Source of the DNA: Dictyostelium discoideum
Lineage: Eukaryota
NCBI GenBank assembly: GCA_000004695.1
Contig: CM000152.2
Coordinates: 5,216,001-5,280,000, forward strand
DNA length: 64,000 bases
Direction of reading: 5' to 3'
Below the pieces are notes generated by a model that saw nothing but the letters and a program-made list of their open reading frames with translations, did no database searches and was not told where the DNA came from. This document shows positions 25,590 to 39,651 of this stretch, piece after piece (the stretch's first letter is position 1; every line of letters starts with the position of its first letter). The position numbers and the translations under genes were made by a program.

Positions 25590-27356
25590 ACAGAAACTAC
25601 TATAAAAGATGATAATAAAAATGGGAAAGGGAATTATAATTTTAAATCATTTTTATTAATTCTTTTTTCAGCAATACTCATTAGAATAATTTTATTTTAC
25701 CAAGGTTTTGATCAACTATTTTCAAATAGAAATGAAATTACAACACCTTTAACAAGTTTTAAAAGATGTATGTAATTTATAATAATAATAATAATAATAA
25801 AAATAGTTTATTAATTATTATTTTTTTTTTTTTTTATTATAAAAAAAGTGGTTGAAGGATTACATTTAAGAGAATTGGGATTATCACCATATGCAGGATC
25901 AGCATATCATCAACCACCATTGGTTTTATTATTATTTTATCCATTTGTAAATAGTATTAATATTAGTAATAATAATAATAATAGTGGTGATGGTAATAAT
26001 TATTTAATATTTGGAATATTTGAAAAATCACAAATTTTATTTTTAATAATTGATTGTATAATTGCAATAGTGTTAAGAGAGATTGCAAAACAAATACCAA
26101 GAGTATTGCCAAAGGAGATGAAACCGATATCGGCCAATAGTAATCTACCAAATATAACAGCTGCATTATACTTGTTTAACCCATTCACAATTTTCACATG
26201 TATTGGTATGAGTACTATAAATTTAACAAATTTAGCCATAGTTTTGTCATTGTATTATTCGTTGAAAGGCATGATATTTCAATCGGTTTTCTCTGTGGCA
26301 ATGGCTTCCTATCTATCGATTTATCCAGTGGTTTTAATTTTTCCATGTGCTTTAATCTTAAAACATCATTTCTTTCCACCTCAACAAACTCAACCTGTAG
26401 CTCAAAATCAGTTACCATCTGATCAATCAAAACAATTAAAACAATTACTTGAAAGAAATGAAAGACCAATGTTATTACTATTTTATTTTAGAATTTTAAT
26501 CTTTTTCCTCCTTTCAATATCTTCCCTCTTTTATCTATCTTTTACTTTTTTAAATAGTTGGGAATTCTTTGAAAAATCTTATAAATTTACATTTTTCGTT
26601 GAAGATTTAACTCCAAATATTGGTAATGTATTTTATTTATTATTAAAATATATATTTATATATTTATATATATATAACATATATATTAATATTTTGTTTA
26701 TTTTTGGTATAGGTTTATTTTGGTATTATTTTATTGAAGTATTCGATCATTTTAGAAATTTATTTTTATTTATATTTCAATATCATGTATTTATCTATTG
26801 TATACCATTAGCAATAAGATTAAAAGATCATCCATTATTTTATTTTTGGTCATTATGTGCAATCATTGCAACTTTTAAATCTTATCCAGCATTGGGTGAT
26901 ACTGCATTACATGTCTCATTATTACCATTACTCTATCAACCATTGAAAGGTGTAAAATATAGTTTCATTGTTATTGTTGTCGCTATTTTCGTTACAGTTT
27001 TAGCACCAATCCTTTGGCAAATGTGGATTTATCAAGGTACTGGAAATGCAAACTTTTATTATACAATTAATTTGGTTTTCACTATCGCCCAAGTTTTATT
27101 GATAGTTGATTCTTTATCTGTACTTTTAAAATTAGATTATGTAAATAAAATTAATTTAAAAAATAAATTATTAGAAAATAATCAAATTGAACAACAACAA
27201 CAACAACAACAACACCAACAAGAAAAAGAAAAAGAACAACAAGAAAAAGAACAACAAGAAGAACAACAAGATGAAAAAACTGATCTTGAAAGTAGTAGTC
27301 AAAAAATTGATGATAATAATAATGAAAATAATAGTGAAGAAAATGAAGAAAAGTAA
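25503..27356 (+). CDS. GPI transamidase subunit PIG-U (Cdc91/Gab1 family); 2 certain exons (25503..25767, 25849..27356) plus a probable third in-frame intron at 26623..26712
   Basis: 'ITTPLTSFKR|LVEGLHLRELGLSPYAGSAYHQPPLVLL' matches human PIGU '[36 protein letters not shown]'. 'DLTPNIG...LFWYYFIEVFDHF...IPLAIRLKDHP...FKSYPALGDTAL' matches '[20 protein letters not shown]...IPLAIKLKEHP...FKSYPTVGDVAL'. Intron 1: GTATGT at 25768 to AG at 25847-25848 (phase 1). The C-terminal Gln/Glu-rich tail is a low-complexity extension. Confidence 0.8.
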
Positions 27357-27941
27357 ATAAAACAAAATAAAACAAAATTAAATAAAATAGCAATTAAATA
27401 AATAAAAAATTAATAATAGTTATTTAATTTTTTTTTTTTTTTTATTTTTATTTATTATTTTATATAATCTTTTTTTATTATTTTTGGAGACAGCCTATTT
27501 ACATAAACCAAAGAAAGGGCAATAGTAAAATAATTATTACTAAATCTTTAAATACTAAACAAGTACTAATCAATTGTGTAAAAATTAATTTTTATACAAA
27601 ATTGACCCTTTAATACATTTATTTTTATTTTTTATTCTAAATGTGGTTTCTTTTAAAAATATTAAAAAAAAAAGATAATCATACTTTATTTGTTTTTTAT
27701 TTTTTTTATTTTTTTTTTTTTATAAAAGTACCTTTTTTTTAATTAATTTAAAAAGAAGAAAATAATTTAAAATTATAAACTTTACTAATTTATTAATGTT
27801 TTTATTAATATTTTAATTAATATTTTTATTAATATTTTTAATAAAAAATAAATAAAAATAAAAAAAAAGAAATATATATAGAGTTTTTTTTTTTTTTTTT
27901 TTTATTTTTAAAAAGATATTAAAAAATTTGGATAATTTTAA

Positions 27942-28281
27942 ATGACTATCATTGGTATGTTTTTTAATTTTTTTTTTTTTTTTTTTTTTTTTTTCAAATA
28001 AAAACTAAATATTTAAAAGTAAAATTACTAATTAATTATTTTTAAAAAAAGGAAATCTTTCTTGTATAAATCATGTTGGATTAGGTAATTTTTCCAAAAA
28101 ATCCTCAAACTATTCAAATTTTTCAAATTCTATTTCTTTTGGAAAAAATCAAAACTCTGACCAAATAATTGATGCTGTTCTTGGATTAATTATAAGAGAT
28201 GGTGGTATTGTTGATGGTTTGTTTGGTAATGGAAGTTCATTGAATAAATTTTTCTCACAATTTTTTGGAAAATCAAGTTAA
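27942..28281 (+). CDS. small HssA/B-like-type protein, 2 exons (27942..27954, 28052..28281): 'MTII' micro-exon plus phase-1 intron
   Basis: 'ATGACTATCATTG' is followed by GTATGT (27955), and an 'aaaaaag' acceptor ends at 28051. The product is 'MTIIGNLSCINHVGLGNFSKKSSNYSNFSNSISFGKNQNSDQIIDAVLGLIIRDGGIVDGLFGNGSSLNKFFSQFFGKSS'. The MTI(L/I)-start, 13-nt first exon and ~80-90 aa Ser/Gly/Asn-rich product are the signature layout of the Dictyostelium hssA/2C/7E family. The family call is inference. Confidence 0.5.
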
Positions 28282-29291
28282 TAAAATAAAAATTTATTTA
28301 TATTTATTAATAAAACAATTAAATTTGACACTTTTTTTTTTTTTTTTTTTAACGATTTAATTTTATTTATTTTTAATAAGAATACAGTATATAAAAATAG
28401 ATCACTAGGAAATAATACAAAATTATATAAAAAAATAAAAAAACTGTTTTGGACTTTTTTTTTTTTTTTTTTTATTTATAAGGTAATAATTTCATTTTGA
28501 AATTTAATTATTTATAGTTCATTTTTTGCAATTGTTTTTATTTTTGGTAAAATAACAATTTTATCAATAGATTGTCCTTCAAAAAAAAAAATTAAAAAAA
28601 AATTAAAATTAATTTTATTTTCAAAACAATATTAAGCTACAGATTAAATAATAACAAAGCAAATCTAGAATAGTTAGAATATTAAAAAATAAATAGTTAA
28701 AAAGAAATTTTTTTTTTTTAATTAAGATATCACAACAACTACAGTTAGTAATTATAATTTGAAAGACGCATGCAATTTGAAGACAAAGTATCACATTATA
28801 CGATACTTAATTTTGTTATCATATCATTCAGTAACACGTTTATATAATAAATGGCAATGTTATACATACATATATATTAGAGATAAAATTAAATTATAAA
28901 ATAAATAAATTGCAATAACGACACATTTTTATGAATTATATATATGATATAAATAATTAATTAAATAAATAAAGATAATTTATAAAATAAATAATTTAAT
29001 TATAAAATAACCGATAAAATAAATAATCATTAAATTATAAATTAAATAAATTATAATAACGACATGTAAATGAAAGTATATTAAATAAATAAATAATAAT
29101 TTATTTAAAAAATAATTTAATAATCAAATAATTTAGTATATAAATAATTTTAAAACCAAATGACTTTGAAAAAAAAAAATTATAAATAGTTTAGTAAATA
29201 AATAGTTTAATAAACAAATAATTCAATAAATAATAGTTTTGAGCAACAACAAATAAATTATATTGTAATAAATTATATTACATTCTCAAAG

Positions 29292-29465
29292 ATGAACGAT
29301 CAAAAAAATATTTCAATCAATGAAGCTATCAAGCAATTTCCACAAGAATTCAACAATCGTATTGGATTCGAATTAAATAGAATAAACACCAACCTTAGAT
29401 TCTCACATTTCGAGGAACAAAGAGGGAATATGTTTTTTTTAATGTCAAATTTGAATGTTTGAAAA
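29292..29465 (+). CDS. candidate small protein (57 aa) not in the ORF track (<60 aa)
   Basis: 'MNDQKNISINEAIKQFPQEFNNRIGFELNRINTNLRFSHFEEQRGNMFFLMSNLNV*'. Wobble positions are C-enriched (atc, aag, ttc, aac, cgt, acc, ctt, gag), atypical of non-coding DNA here. Confidence 0.3.
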
Positions 29466-29781
29466 AATAAAATTAAAAAAAAAAAAAAAAAAAAAAACAA
29501 ATAAAATATTCCACATTTAATTCATTTATTATTTGGATTTAAAAGAAAAAATAATAAAAAATTAAAGAAAAAAAAAGAATTCAATTCAATACAATCAATT
29601 TTTATATTAAAAATATATTAAATCAACTGTGTAAAAAAAAAAAAAAAAATTAAAAATAAAAATGAAAAAAAATTATAAAAAAAAAAAAAAAAAAAAAACC
29701 TTTTAAAATAATCCAGATTTAATTCATTTATTATTTAATTTGAAAACTTTAATAAAAAATAAAAATCTCATATGTCGTTTT

Positions 29782-29813
<32 letters not shown>

Positions 29814-29885
29814 CAATTTTTTTTTTTTTTTTTTTTTTATTACTTTTTTTTTTTTTTTTTTTTTTTTTATAACAAATAAATAAAA

Positions 29886-31937
29886 ATGAATAAAAATAAT
29901 AAATCTTTTAATAATGAAGAATCAGTATCACCAGAATTAACAGGATCAGTGATGTTTGATTCTACAGATTGGATTAAATTAAAAACTTTACAATTATTTT
30001 CAATTATAGATTCATTCAAGATTAGTTTATTTCTAGATGAACAAGTTACTCTAGTGATTGATAGACAAATTAGTGGACCATTTAGTTTAATATTTACATT
30101 ACAACAATTAAATGAAAGAGGAATTCATAACTTAACATATTTTGAAGATTTAAAAGTTACCGATAAAACTAAATCAATTATTTTCCTTTGTAGGCCACGT
30201 TTAGAATTAATTCAAAAGATTTCACAATTTATACAACAACAAAAACAAAACTCTTTAAAATATCATTTAATTGCAATACCAAATTTAGATGCTTCTTCAA
30301 ATTATTTATTAGAATCTGAAGGTTTATTAGATTGTAATTATCAAATTATAATTTTATTATTACACTTTTTTTTTTTAATTAAATCTTTATTAATTTTAAT
30401 TTTAATTTTAATTAATAATAAATAATAAATAATGAGATTAGATTTAAAAATTGAATCATATGATTTTGGATTTATACCATATGATAATGATTTATTTTCA
30501 ATGGAAATTGGTGATTTTTATTCAAGATGTTTTGTAGAGAATGATAATTATCAATTAAATTCAATTGGTAAAAGTTTTATAAAATTACAACAACTCTATG
30601 GACCATTTAAAACTATAGTTGGTAAAGGTAGTAAATCTTTAATAATTTCAGAACATATTCAACAACTTCAAACCTTAATACCACCAATTGAACAAAGTAA
30701 ATTGAAAACATTGATTCTTATTGATCGTACAGTCGATTTAATACCATTACTATGTACACAACAAACCTATCAAGGCTTAATTGATGAAGAAATTAAAATT
30801 TCAAATAGTCAATCAATTATCATTGAAAAGGATATTGAAATTAGGGAACAAGTGTTAGTAAGTCCACCAACTCAAGAACCAAAGAAATTTGAAGAACGTG
30901 TTGTTAGAATTGAAAAAGAAAAGAAAAAGTTACCATTATCACCATTTTCAGATTTATTCTATCAACAAGTTAAAGATTTATCATTTTCAAGTGTACCAAC
31001 GATGTTATATTTAAATGCACAATCAATTTCCAATGGTATGAATGAATTAAAGAAATCCAATAGTCAACTATTATCTCTACCTGAAATTAAGAAACTTTTA
31101 TCAAAAATACCAGATGTAAATAAAAAACAACAACTTTTAGAACTTCATACTGAAATTGTTCAAGAATTATTAAAACGTGTAAATTCTGATGACTTTCATC
31201 AAAAAATATCCATAGAGTTTGAAATGTTATTTCAAATGTCAAATAATTTTATTGGTAGTAATGGTAATACTGCTTCATCAGTTTTAGACTTTATTGAGAA
31301 TTTAATCATTAGAAAGAAACCAATGTATCAAGTTTTACGTTTACTATCAATTTGTTGTTTAACCGTTGGTATTAAAGATCAAAAACAATATGAAAATATT
31401 TTAAAATCATTTATTCATGTTTATGGTATTCAAGAAATGACAACTTTAATGAGATTAGAAAAAGCTGGTTTACTTGGAAATAATAATAATAATAATAATT
31501 TAAAATTTAAATTATCTTCACAATTATTTAAAAATTTTAATTTAATAATTGACAATAATGAAAATAGTAGTAGTAGTGGTAAAGAAAATGATAATGATAA
31601 ATTAAAAGAATATGATCAAGTTTATCAAGGTTATATACCTTTAATTACAAGAATCATTGAAGAAGGTCAAAAAAATAAACAACAAGGTTGGTTCAATAAA
31701 AGTTTAGAATCAAAATTAAATTGTATCGATCAACCATTTTTCATTAAAGAATTACAAACTACCTCAAATTATGATATAAACTCTTTCACTATGGTAATGT
31801 TTGTTGGTGGTGTTTCATTTGCTGAAATCTCTTCTTTAAGAACTTTAAAAAAGAAATATGGTAGGGGAAGTGGATATGATTTCATTTTTGGTACAACCTC
31901 TTTAATTAATGGTGATAATTTTTTAAAAAATTTATAA
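29886..31937 (+). CDS. vps33: Sec1/Munc18-family protein Vps33; 2 exons (29886..about 30333, about 30442..31937)
   Basis: 'ISGPFSLIFTLQQLNERGIHNLTYFEDLK...KSIIFLCRPRLELIQKI...YHLIAIPNLDASSNYLLESEGLLD' aligns with human VPS33A '[27 protein letters not shown]...KNIIFFVRPRLELMDII...[24 protein letters not shown]'. 'ESYDFGFIPYDNDLFSME' aligns with 'EYSLDLIPFDGDLLSME'. The intron is AT-rich (donor GTAATT at about 30334, acceptor 'gattag' at about 30441). The exact junction is uncertain; an alternative donor lies at 30322. Confidence 0.8.
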
Positions 31938-31956
31938 ATCAAAAAATAAAATATAT

Positions 31957-31965
<9 letters not shown>

Positions 31966-32039
<74 letters not shown>

Positions 32040-32060
32040 TTTGTTTGTTTGTTTGTTTGT
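31966..32060. repeat. (ATTT)n about 19 units followed by (GTTT)4, just 3' of vps33
   Basis: Directly visible. Confidence 0.95.
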
Positions 32061-32123
32061 TTAAAAATATTTTTTTGATTTAATTATTTATTTATTTAAT
32101 TTTTTTTTTTTTTTTTTTTTTTT

Positions 32124-33332
<1,209 letters not shown>

Positions 33333-33512
33333 TTTATTTTGTAATAATTATTTATTAAAATTAAAAAAAAAAAAAAATTTGATATTTTAGATTATTAAAA
33401 TCTAAAAAAAAAAAAATTTATTTTAACATATTATTATTTTAAATTCCAAAAAAAAAAGAGTAGATCGACCAAATATCAAGATATTTTTTTTTTTTTTTTT
33501 TTTATATTAATA

Positions 33513-33559
<47 letters not shown>

Positions 33560-33749
33560 CAGATAAGAGTGTTGAATTTGAATTTATTTAAATAATTTAT
33601 TTAATTATTTATTTTTATATAATTTCAAAAATCTATTTACATTTATGTTCATATTAAAATTTATATATATATATTATTTTTTAAAAAAAAGGTATTTGAA
33701 TTGTTTTTTTTTTTTTTTTTTTAAGTTGTGTTATTTTTGTTGTTTTTTT

Positions 33750-34385
33750 TTAAAAAGCTCTTGCAGTTGGTGAACCAACAATACCTTCTTTTGATTTTAA
33801 TTTTGGAGAAGATGATAATTTCAAATTATCTTTTTCAATTTGTTGATGAAGGGAATGTTGAGTTGAGATTTGTTTTGGAGAGAAATTTACTTTAATTGGA
33901 TGAACATGATTGTTACAACTATAGTCAATATGAGTTGAATAGTCTCTTGATTTTGACAAGATTGATGGATCAGCTTGATATTCTAATAATGGTACGATTT
34001 GTTGAATATTTGTCCATTTGAATCTTAATTCATCGATTGATTTCAATGGTTTTCCTGGCAAATAAGAGTCAACATTGCTAAAGACGAATGTATCATAGGC
34101 ATCATAAACACTATCACTAATGTAACCCAATAAACCACCACCACTTGAAATGACACTAAAGTCATGATCGACTTTCAATGTGAATTTAATATATGATCCA
34201 CTTGGGAAATTGTGAATGAATCCTTTCAATTCTCTAGTTACTCTTTCCAAACCTCTCATTTTAAAGATTTCTCTAATTACCATGACCATCTCTTTAATAT
34301 CTTTGGTTGATAATTGTTCTTTCTTTATAATGAAATCACCAGTCTTTCTTTTGAGTGAAATTGATGTAGTGTAAATATTATTCAT
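33750..34385 (-). CDS. hypothetical protein (211 aa)
   Basis: Single ORF with coding-type codon usage. No family recognised. Confidence 0.5.
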   Translation of the reverse strand: MNNIYTTSISLKRKTGDFIIKKEQLSTKDIKEMVMVIREIFKMRGLERVTRELKGFIHNFPSGSYIKFTLKVDHDFSVISSGGGLLGYISDSVYDAYDTFVFSNVDSYLPGKPLKSIDELRFKWTNIQQIVPLLEYQADPSILSKSRDYSTHIDYSCNNHVHPIKVNFSPKQISTQHSLHQQIEKDNLKLSSSPKLKSKEGIVGSPTARAF

Positions 34386-34645
34386 TTTTTTTTATTATTT
34401 TCTTTGGTTTTAGTTTTTTTAAAAAAAAAAAATTTTAATTCTTGGAATTTACTTTTGAGGGAAAAAAAAAGAGAAAAAAAAAAAAAAGAAAAATATGTTA
34501 ATAATTATTTTATTTTAGGTAATATTAGAAATTATATTTGGAATTTTTATTTTAAGAAGAAAATATAAAATAAAAAAAAATAAAAAAAAAACTAAAAGAA
34601 TTATTAATAGTAAATAAAATAATTACATTATATATGTAATGTTTT

Positions 34646-34694
<49 letters not shown>

Positions 34695-35108
34695 TTTATT
34701 ATTATTTAATTAAACTGCTATTGTTTCTACTGTTATTGTTAATAAAAGATTAAGATATAAAAAAATTGTGTCTGTATAAAATAAATAATAAAATGAAATG
34801 AAATGAAAAAAAAAAAAAAAAAAAAGTCACTTAAATAGAATTATTTGTTGCTGAGGTTTTTTTTTTTTATTTTTTTATTTTTTTATTTTTTTTTTTTTAC
34901 TATTTTTTATTATTTATTTTATTATTTTTTTAAATTTAATGAAATGGGTGGAAATTTAAAAATAATGAAATTGAATTATATTACACACCAACACAATTTG
35001 CTTTGTATTTAATAAAAAAAAGAAGGGTTACAAAAATTTTAACTAATCAAATTAGGGTAATTGTGCCTTTTGGGGGTATATTTTTTTTATTTTTTTTTTT
35101 TTATTTAT

Positions 35109-35143
<35 letters not shown>

Positions 35144-36277
35144 CAATACCACACAATAATAATAATTAAAAAGTTTTGTTTTTTGTTTTGTTTTGTTTTG
35201 TTTTTTTTTCCCATGTGAAATTGTTATTAGCAATGTTTAAATATGAAAAGATAAAAACAAAAATATTATTACTTTTTTTATATATGTTTTTCAATTTATT
35301 GAATTTATATTGTAAAATATATTAATTATGGTGTGTATAAAAATTATTATATATAAGTGAGTGTGAATATTGTGAAACTATTTACTATTTTCATTAAAAA
35401 AAACCCCATCCTTGTCATGTAAATTTAATCTTTAATTCCAATTAGTATACAAATTGTTGTTGTTGCTTTTTTTATATTAATTTTTATATACTATTTTTGT
35501 ATTTTTTGATATGATGACACATGTGATTTAATATGTAGTAGTATGGTAAAGTTTGAAATTTACTTTCACTACCTCCAATATGTTTGGGGTAAAAAAAAAA
35601 AAAAATAAAAAATTAAAAAAAAAAAAATAAAAAATAAAAAATAAAAAAAAAATAAAAATTTTACTACTATTTTAAGATATAATTTAATTATTCTGTGTTA
35701 TGTTGTTTGTTTTTTTTTTTTTTTTTTCATGAATTGGTATGATGGTATAAAAATGGGAATATATTGAAATTTTTTAAAACTAATCATGATTATATTATTA
35801 AGTTTTTTTTTTAATTGACATAGAATAAAAAAAAAATTTAAAAAAAAAGGGACATAACGGAATAGTTACAACTATTATTATATTGGTTATAACATTTTTT
35901 TTTTTTTTTTTTTATTTTATTTTTAAAATTTATTTAATTTTGATTACTTTTTTTTTTTACCTTTGTGCAAAATATTTTTATTTTTAAATTACAATATAAG
36001 AATGCCCGTATTTATCCTTTTTCTTTTCCTTGTTTTTTTTTTCTTTTTTTTTTATTTTTTTTTTTTTTTTTTTTTTTAATTTGAGGTTTTTTTTTTTTTT
36101 TTTTCAAGATTTCAGTTTTTAAAAAAAAAAATAAAAAAATATAAAAAAATTCCTTATCAGGAATTTTTACTAATATAGAACACCAATAAAAAAATAATAA
36201 TAATAATAATAATAAAACAGAAATCCTATGACAAAAAAAATCGGAAAGGATGGTTTGGTGATACTATTACACCGTTA

Positions 36278-36320
<43 letters not shown>

Positions 36321-37353
36321 TTTATAAAAAAAACATACAATGAAATAAAATATATAAGAATAAATTAATAGATGATCATTAAATAAAAAAAACATTATAT
36401 TTAAAAAAATAAAATAAAATAAAATAAAATAAAATAAAATAAAATAAAATAAAATAAAATAAAATAAAATAAACAAAATAAAAATAAAATAAAATAAAAA
36501 ATAAGTTAAAAAAAAAAAAAATAATAATAATTGAATAAATAAATAAAAGATGGAATGAGATAAAATTTCCTAACAAATAAATAATTACCTTTTTTCTGGT
36601 AAAAGATTTGGATGACAAATAAAAACTTTTTTTTTTTTTTTTTTTATGAGGAGAAAAAAGAAATTTTAAAAAAAAAAAAAAAAAAAATAAAAATAAAATA
36701 AATATTAAAATTTTGAAATTTCCCCATTCAATTTCGGAAATAAAAATCTAGAATAGTCTATTTGAAACGACAACCATTTTGATTTTAATAGGCATTTCGG
36801 CTTGAGTGGGGAATAAAATTTACTTTTTTTTTTTTTTTTTTTTTTAAAAAAATATTATTTTTTTTAAAAAAAAAAAAAAAAACTAATCACCAATCTTTTT
36901 GATTGTAAATTTAGAGAAAAATACCCTGACCTTCTTACAAACTTTTTTTGAGTTTTGAATTCATACCCATAAAAATTGTATTCATTGATTGAAAAGCCCA
37001 ATAATGATCATTATTTTTTTATTTTTAATAATTAAATTTAATTTTTTTTTTTTTTTTTTTTTTTTTGCAACACACCACCACAAAAATAGAAAAAAAAAAA
37101 AAAAAATTTGATAATAGAAAAAAAATTAAAAAATATAAAAAAAAAATAAAAAAAAAAAAAAAAAAAAATTTAAAAATAGAAATTTGTAAATTGAAATGAT
37201 AAATCATTTCCTTTACGATTTTTATCACCCAAAAATGAATAAATGATCACCCATTATTTTATTGTAAATTGTAGTTGGAGGAGTTGTTTTATCTTTTTTA
37301 AAAAATTTTTTTTTAATCGTAGTATGGAAAATAAAAAATATTACAAAACATTT

Positions 37354-37525
37354 TTAATTTTGAACTTCATTAGGAATAATATTATTAATATTATTATTAT
37401 CATCATTATTATTAATATTGTTATTACCATTATTATTATTAATATTATTATTAGGTTGCTCATTATTGTCATTGTTATTGTTATTGTTATTGTTATTGTT
37501 ATTGTTATTGTTATTGTCATTATTG

Positions 37526-37608
<83 letters not shown>

Positions 37609-37790
37609 TTGTTGATCATTTGGTCTATATGTAGGAAGGAGAGAGGTTAACATTGTCGAAAAAAATAGTACAATTTCTGATAAAAAGTCTTGTGGTCTTT
37701 GTTGAGGTTCTGCTCTTGGTTGTTGGTTTTGATTATTATTATTTTCATTGTTTATATTATTATTTATATTATCATTGTCATTATTATTTA

Positions 37791-37875
<85 letters not shown>

Positions 37876-38386
37876 TGGTTGTGGTTGTGGGTGTTGATTG
37901 TTATTATTATTATTATTATTATTATTGTTGTTGTTATTATTGTTTGGTCTTGGTAAAGGTGCAAAAAATATATTATAGCTGTTGTGGTAAAATAATGGTT
38001 GATTAGTAAAAAGAATAATAAATATATATAAACGTAGGTTCAATAAAAAAAAAAAAAAAAAAACCTTACATATAATAAAGTGCAATGCAAACGCCAACAG
38101 TTATCATTCTTTCCATTGAACCACCTTGTAAAAACAATGCTAAAAAGATAAACTTTACAATATTTCTAAGATTAATTCTAAATACTCTGACTCTTGGTTG
38201 TGCTGCTGCTGGTGCTGCCACAGCTGGTGCTGCTTGAGGTTGAGCAGGTGCTGCTGCTGTTGGTTGTTGTCTTGGCTGTTGTTGTTGCTGCTGTTGATCT
38301 AATCTTTGTCTTATTTGTTGAAGAGCTTGAAATTCAGCTTGTAAATGTGCTCTGTGTTGTAAACTACCATGACGATGATGGTTCAT
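37354..38386 (-). CDS. Asn/Gln/Ala-rich hypothetical protein with a central hydrophobic segment; at least 2 exons (5' end uncertain)
   Basis: Upstream ORF '...LQAEFQALQQIRQRLDQQQQQQQPRQQPTAAAPAQPQAAPAVAAPAAAQPRVRVFRINLRNIVKFIFLALFLQGGSMERMITVGVCIALYY' ends at a GTAAGG donor (about 38066 minus). An AT-rich intron runs to a 'ccacaacag' acceptor (about 37990). The next exon, 'SYNIFFAPLPRPNNNN...', has two long (AAT)n poly-Asn tracts. The frame is open upstream of the first Met as far as about 38620, so the true start may lie further 5'. Confidence 0.4.
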
Positions 38387-38614
38387 TGGTTGTGGTCTTA
38401 AATTTATAAGTTCTTGACGATTTAATTGTTGTTGTAAATATAATTGTTGATTTATTCTAAGACATTGGTCAGTTTTACTTAATTTTTCTTTTGATGTATT
38501 TTTCGATGATGATGATGCTGAATCCCCATCTGATGATGGGAAATAATAAAATGATTCTGGTGAGTTTATAAAAGAGTTATTATTTCTTAATAAAATTATA
38601 TCCCTTTGTGTATT

Positions 38615-38659
<45 letters not shown>

Positions 38660-38736
38660 AATTTGTAAATTGTTAATAAAATATAAAGTTTTTTTTTTTT
38701 TTTTAAAAAATAAATAAATAAATAAATAAAAAAAAC

Positions 38737-39100
38737 TTACATTAAACTTAATAATCTATTTAATGTATTTTGATCTAAACTTTCAATATCAATATTTAAA
38801 TCATTTAAAATTAATTTTGAATTTTCTTTTTTCTTTGATGAGTAACGTTGTAATTTGGTGAATTCTTGTTCTAAATATTTATGAGATTGTGAAAAGTGTT
38901 CTCTTAATTCGCTTAAATCTTTTTGATTCACATCATTTGAATCTTTATCGCTATCATTAATTGTATTGTTTTCATTTGCAAATGATTCTGCTATTGTTGT
39001 AGTTTGTAATGGTGATGATAATACTGGTGATGATGTAGATGATGATGAAGATGATGAAGGTGAAGCTGTTGTAGTAGTAGTAGTTGTAGTAGTTGTAGTT

Positions 39101-39132
<32 letters not shown>

Positions 39133-39651
39133 TGGTGATAATGATGGTGAAGTTGAAGAAGTAGCAGTAGTATTAGTATTAGTAGTTGTTGTTGGAAAAT
39201 TATCATTAAATGGATTTGGTATATTGAATGCATTTGAATATAAACCATTATTGCTATTGCTGTTACCATTATTATTACTATCACTATTATTTATTGTAGC
39301 ACTTGTTGAATTTGGTGATAATGATGGTGAAGTATTTGAATTTGAATTTACAGTTAAAGAATTTGGAGGTGATGGTGAAATTATTTTCTTTTTTAAAATT
39401 AAATGAATTGTATGAACAGATGAAGAGGTTGGTCTTTGTTTAAATACTTGATCCAACACTTGTTCATCTTCTAACATTTTACCTGCGAATATAAGCTTTT
39501 GGTCTGATATCAATGGTTTCTTATCATGTTGTTTGTTAATTATCTCTTTTAATTGATATACTGTACATGTATTATTTATATCCAATGATAAATGCTCTTC
39601 ATCTCCAAATAATACAATTTTAACTTGAACCAACTCCTCGTTGCTTGACAT
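38737..39651 (-). CDS. ubiquitin-like-domain protein with Ser/Thr/Asn-rich low-complexity middle
   Basis: N-terminus 'VQVKIVLFGDEEHLSLDINNTCTVYQLKEIINKQHDKKPLISDQKLIFAGKMLEDEQVLDQV' has the beta-grasp/ubiquitin-like pattern. The C-terminal 60 aa are helical and conserved-looking. Confidence 0.6.

Noticed and set aside
37243-38006. Poly-Ile/Leu/Tyr ORFs (37243..37650, 37341..37619, 37418..37615, 37653..38006, 37690..37956)
   Set aside because: They are frame artefacts of the long (AAT)n/(ATT)n tracts within the Asn-rich gene on the minus strand.
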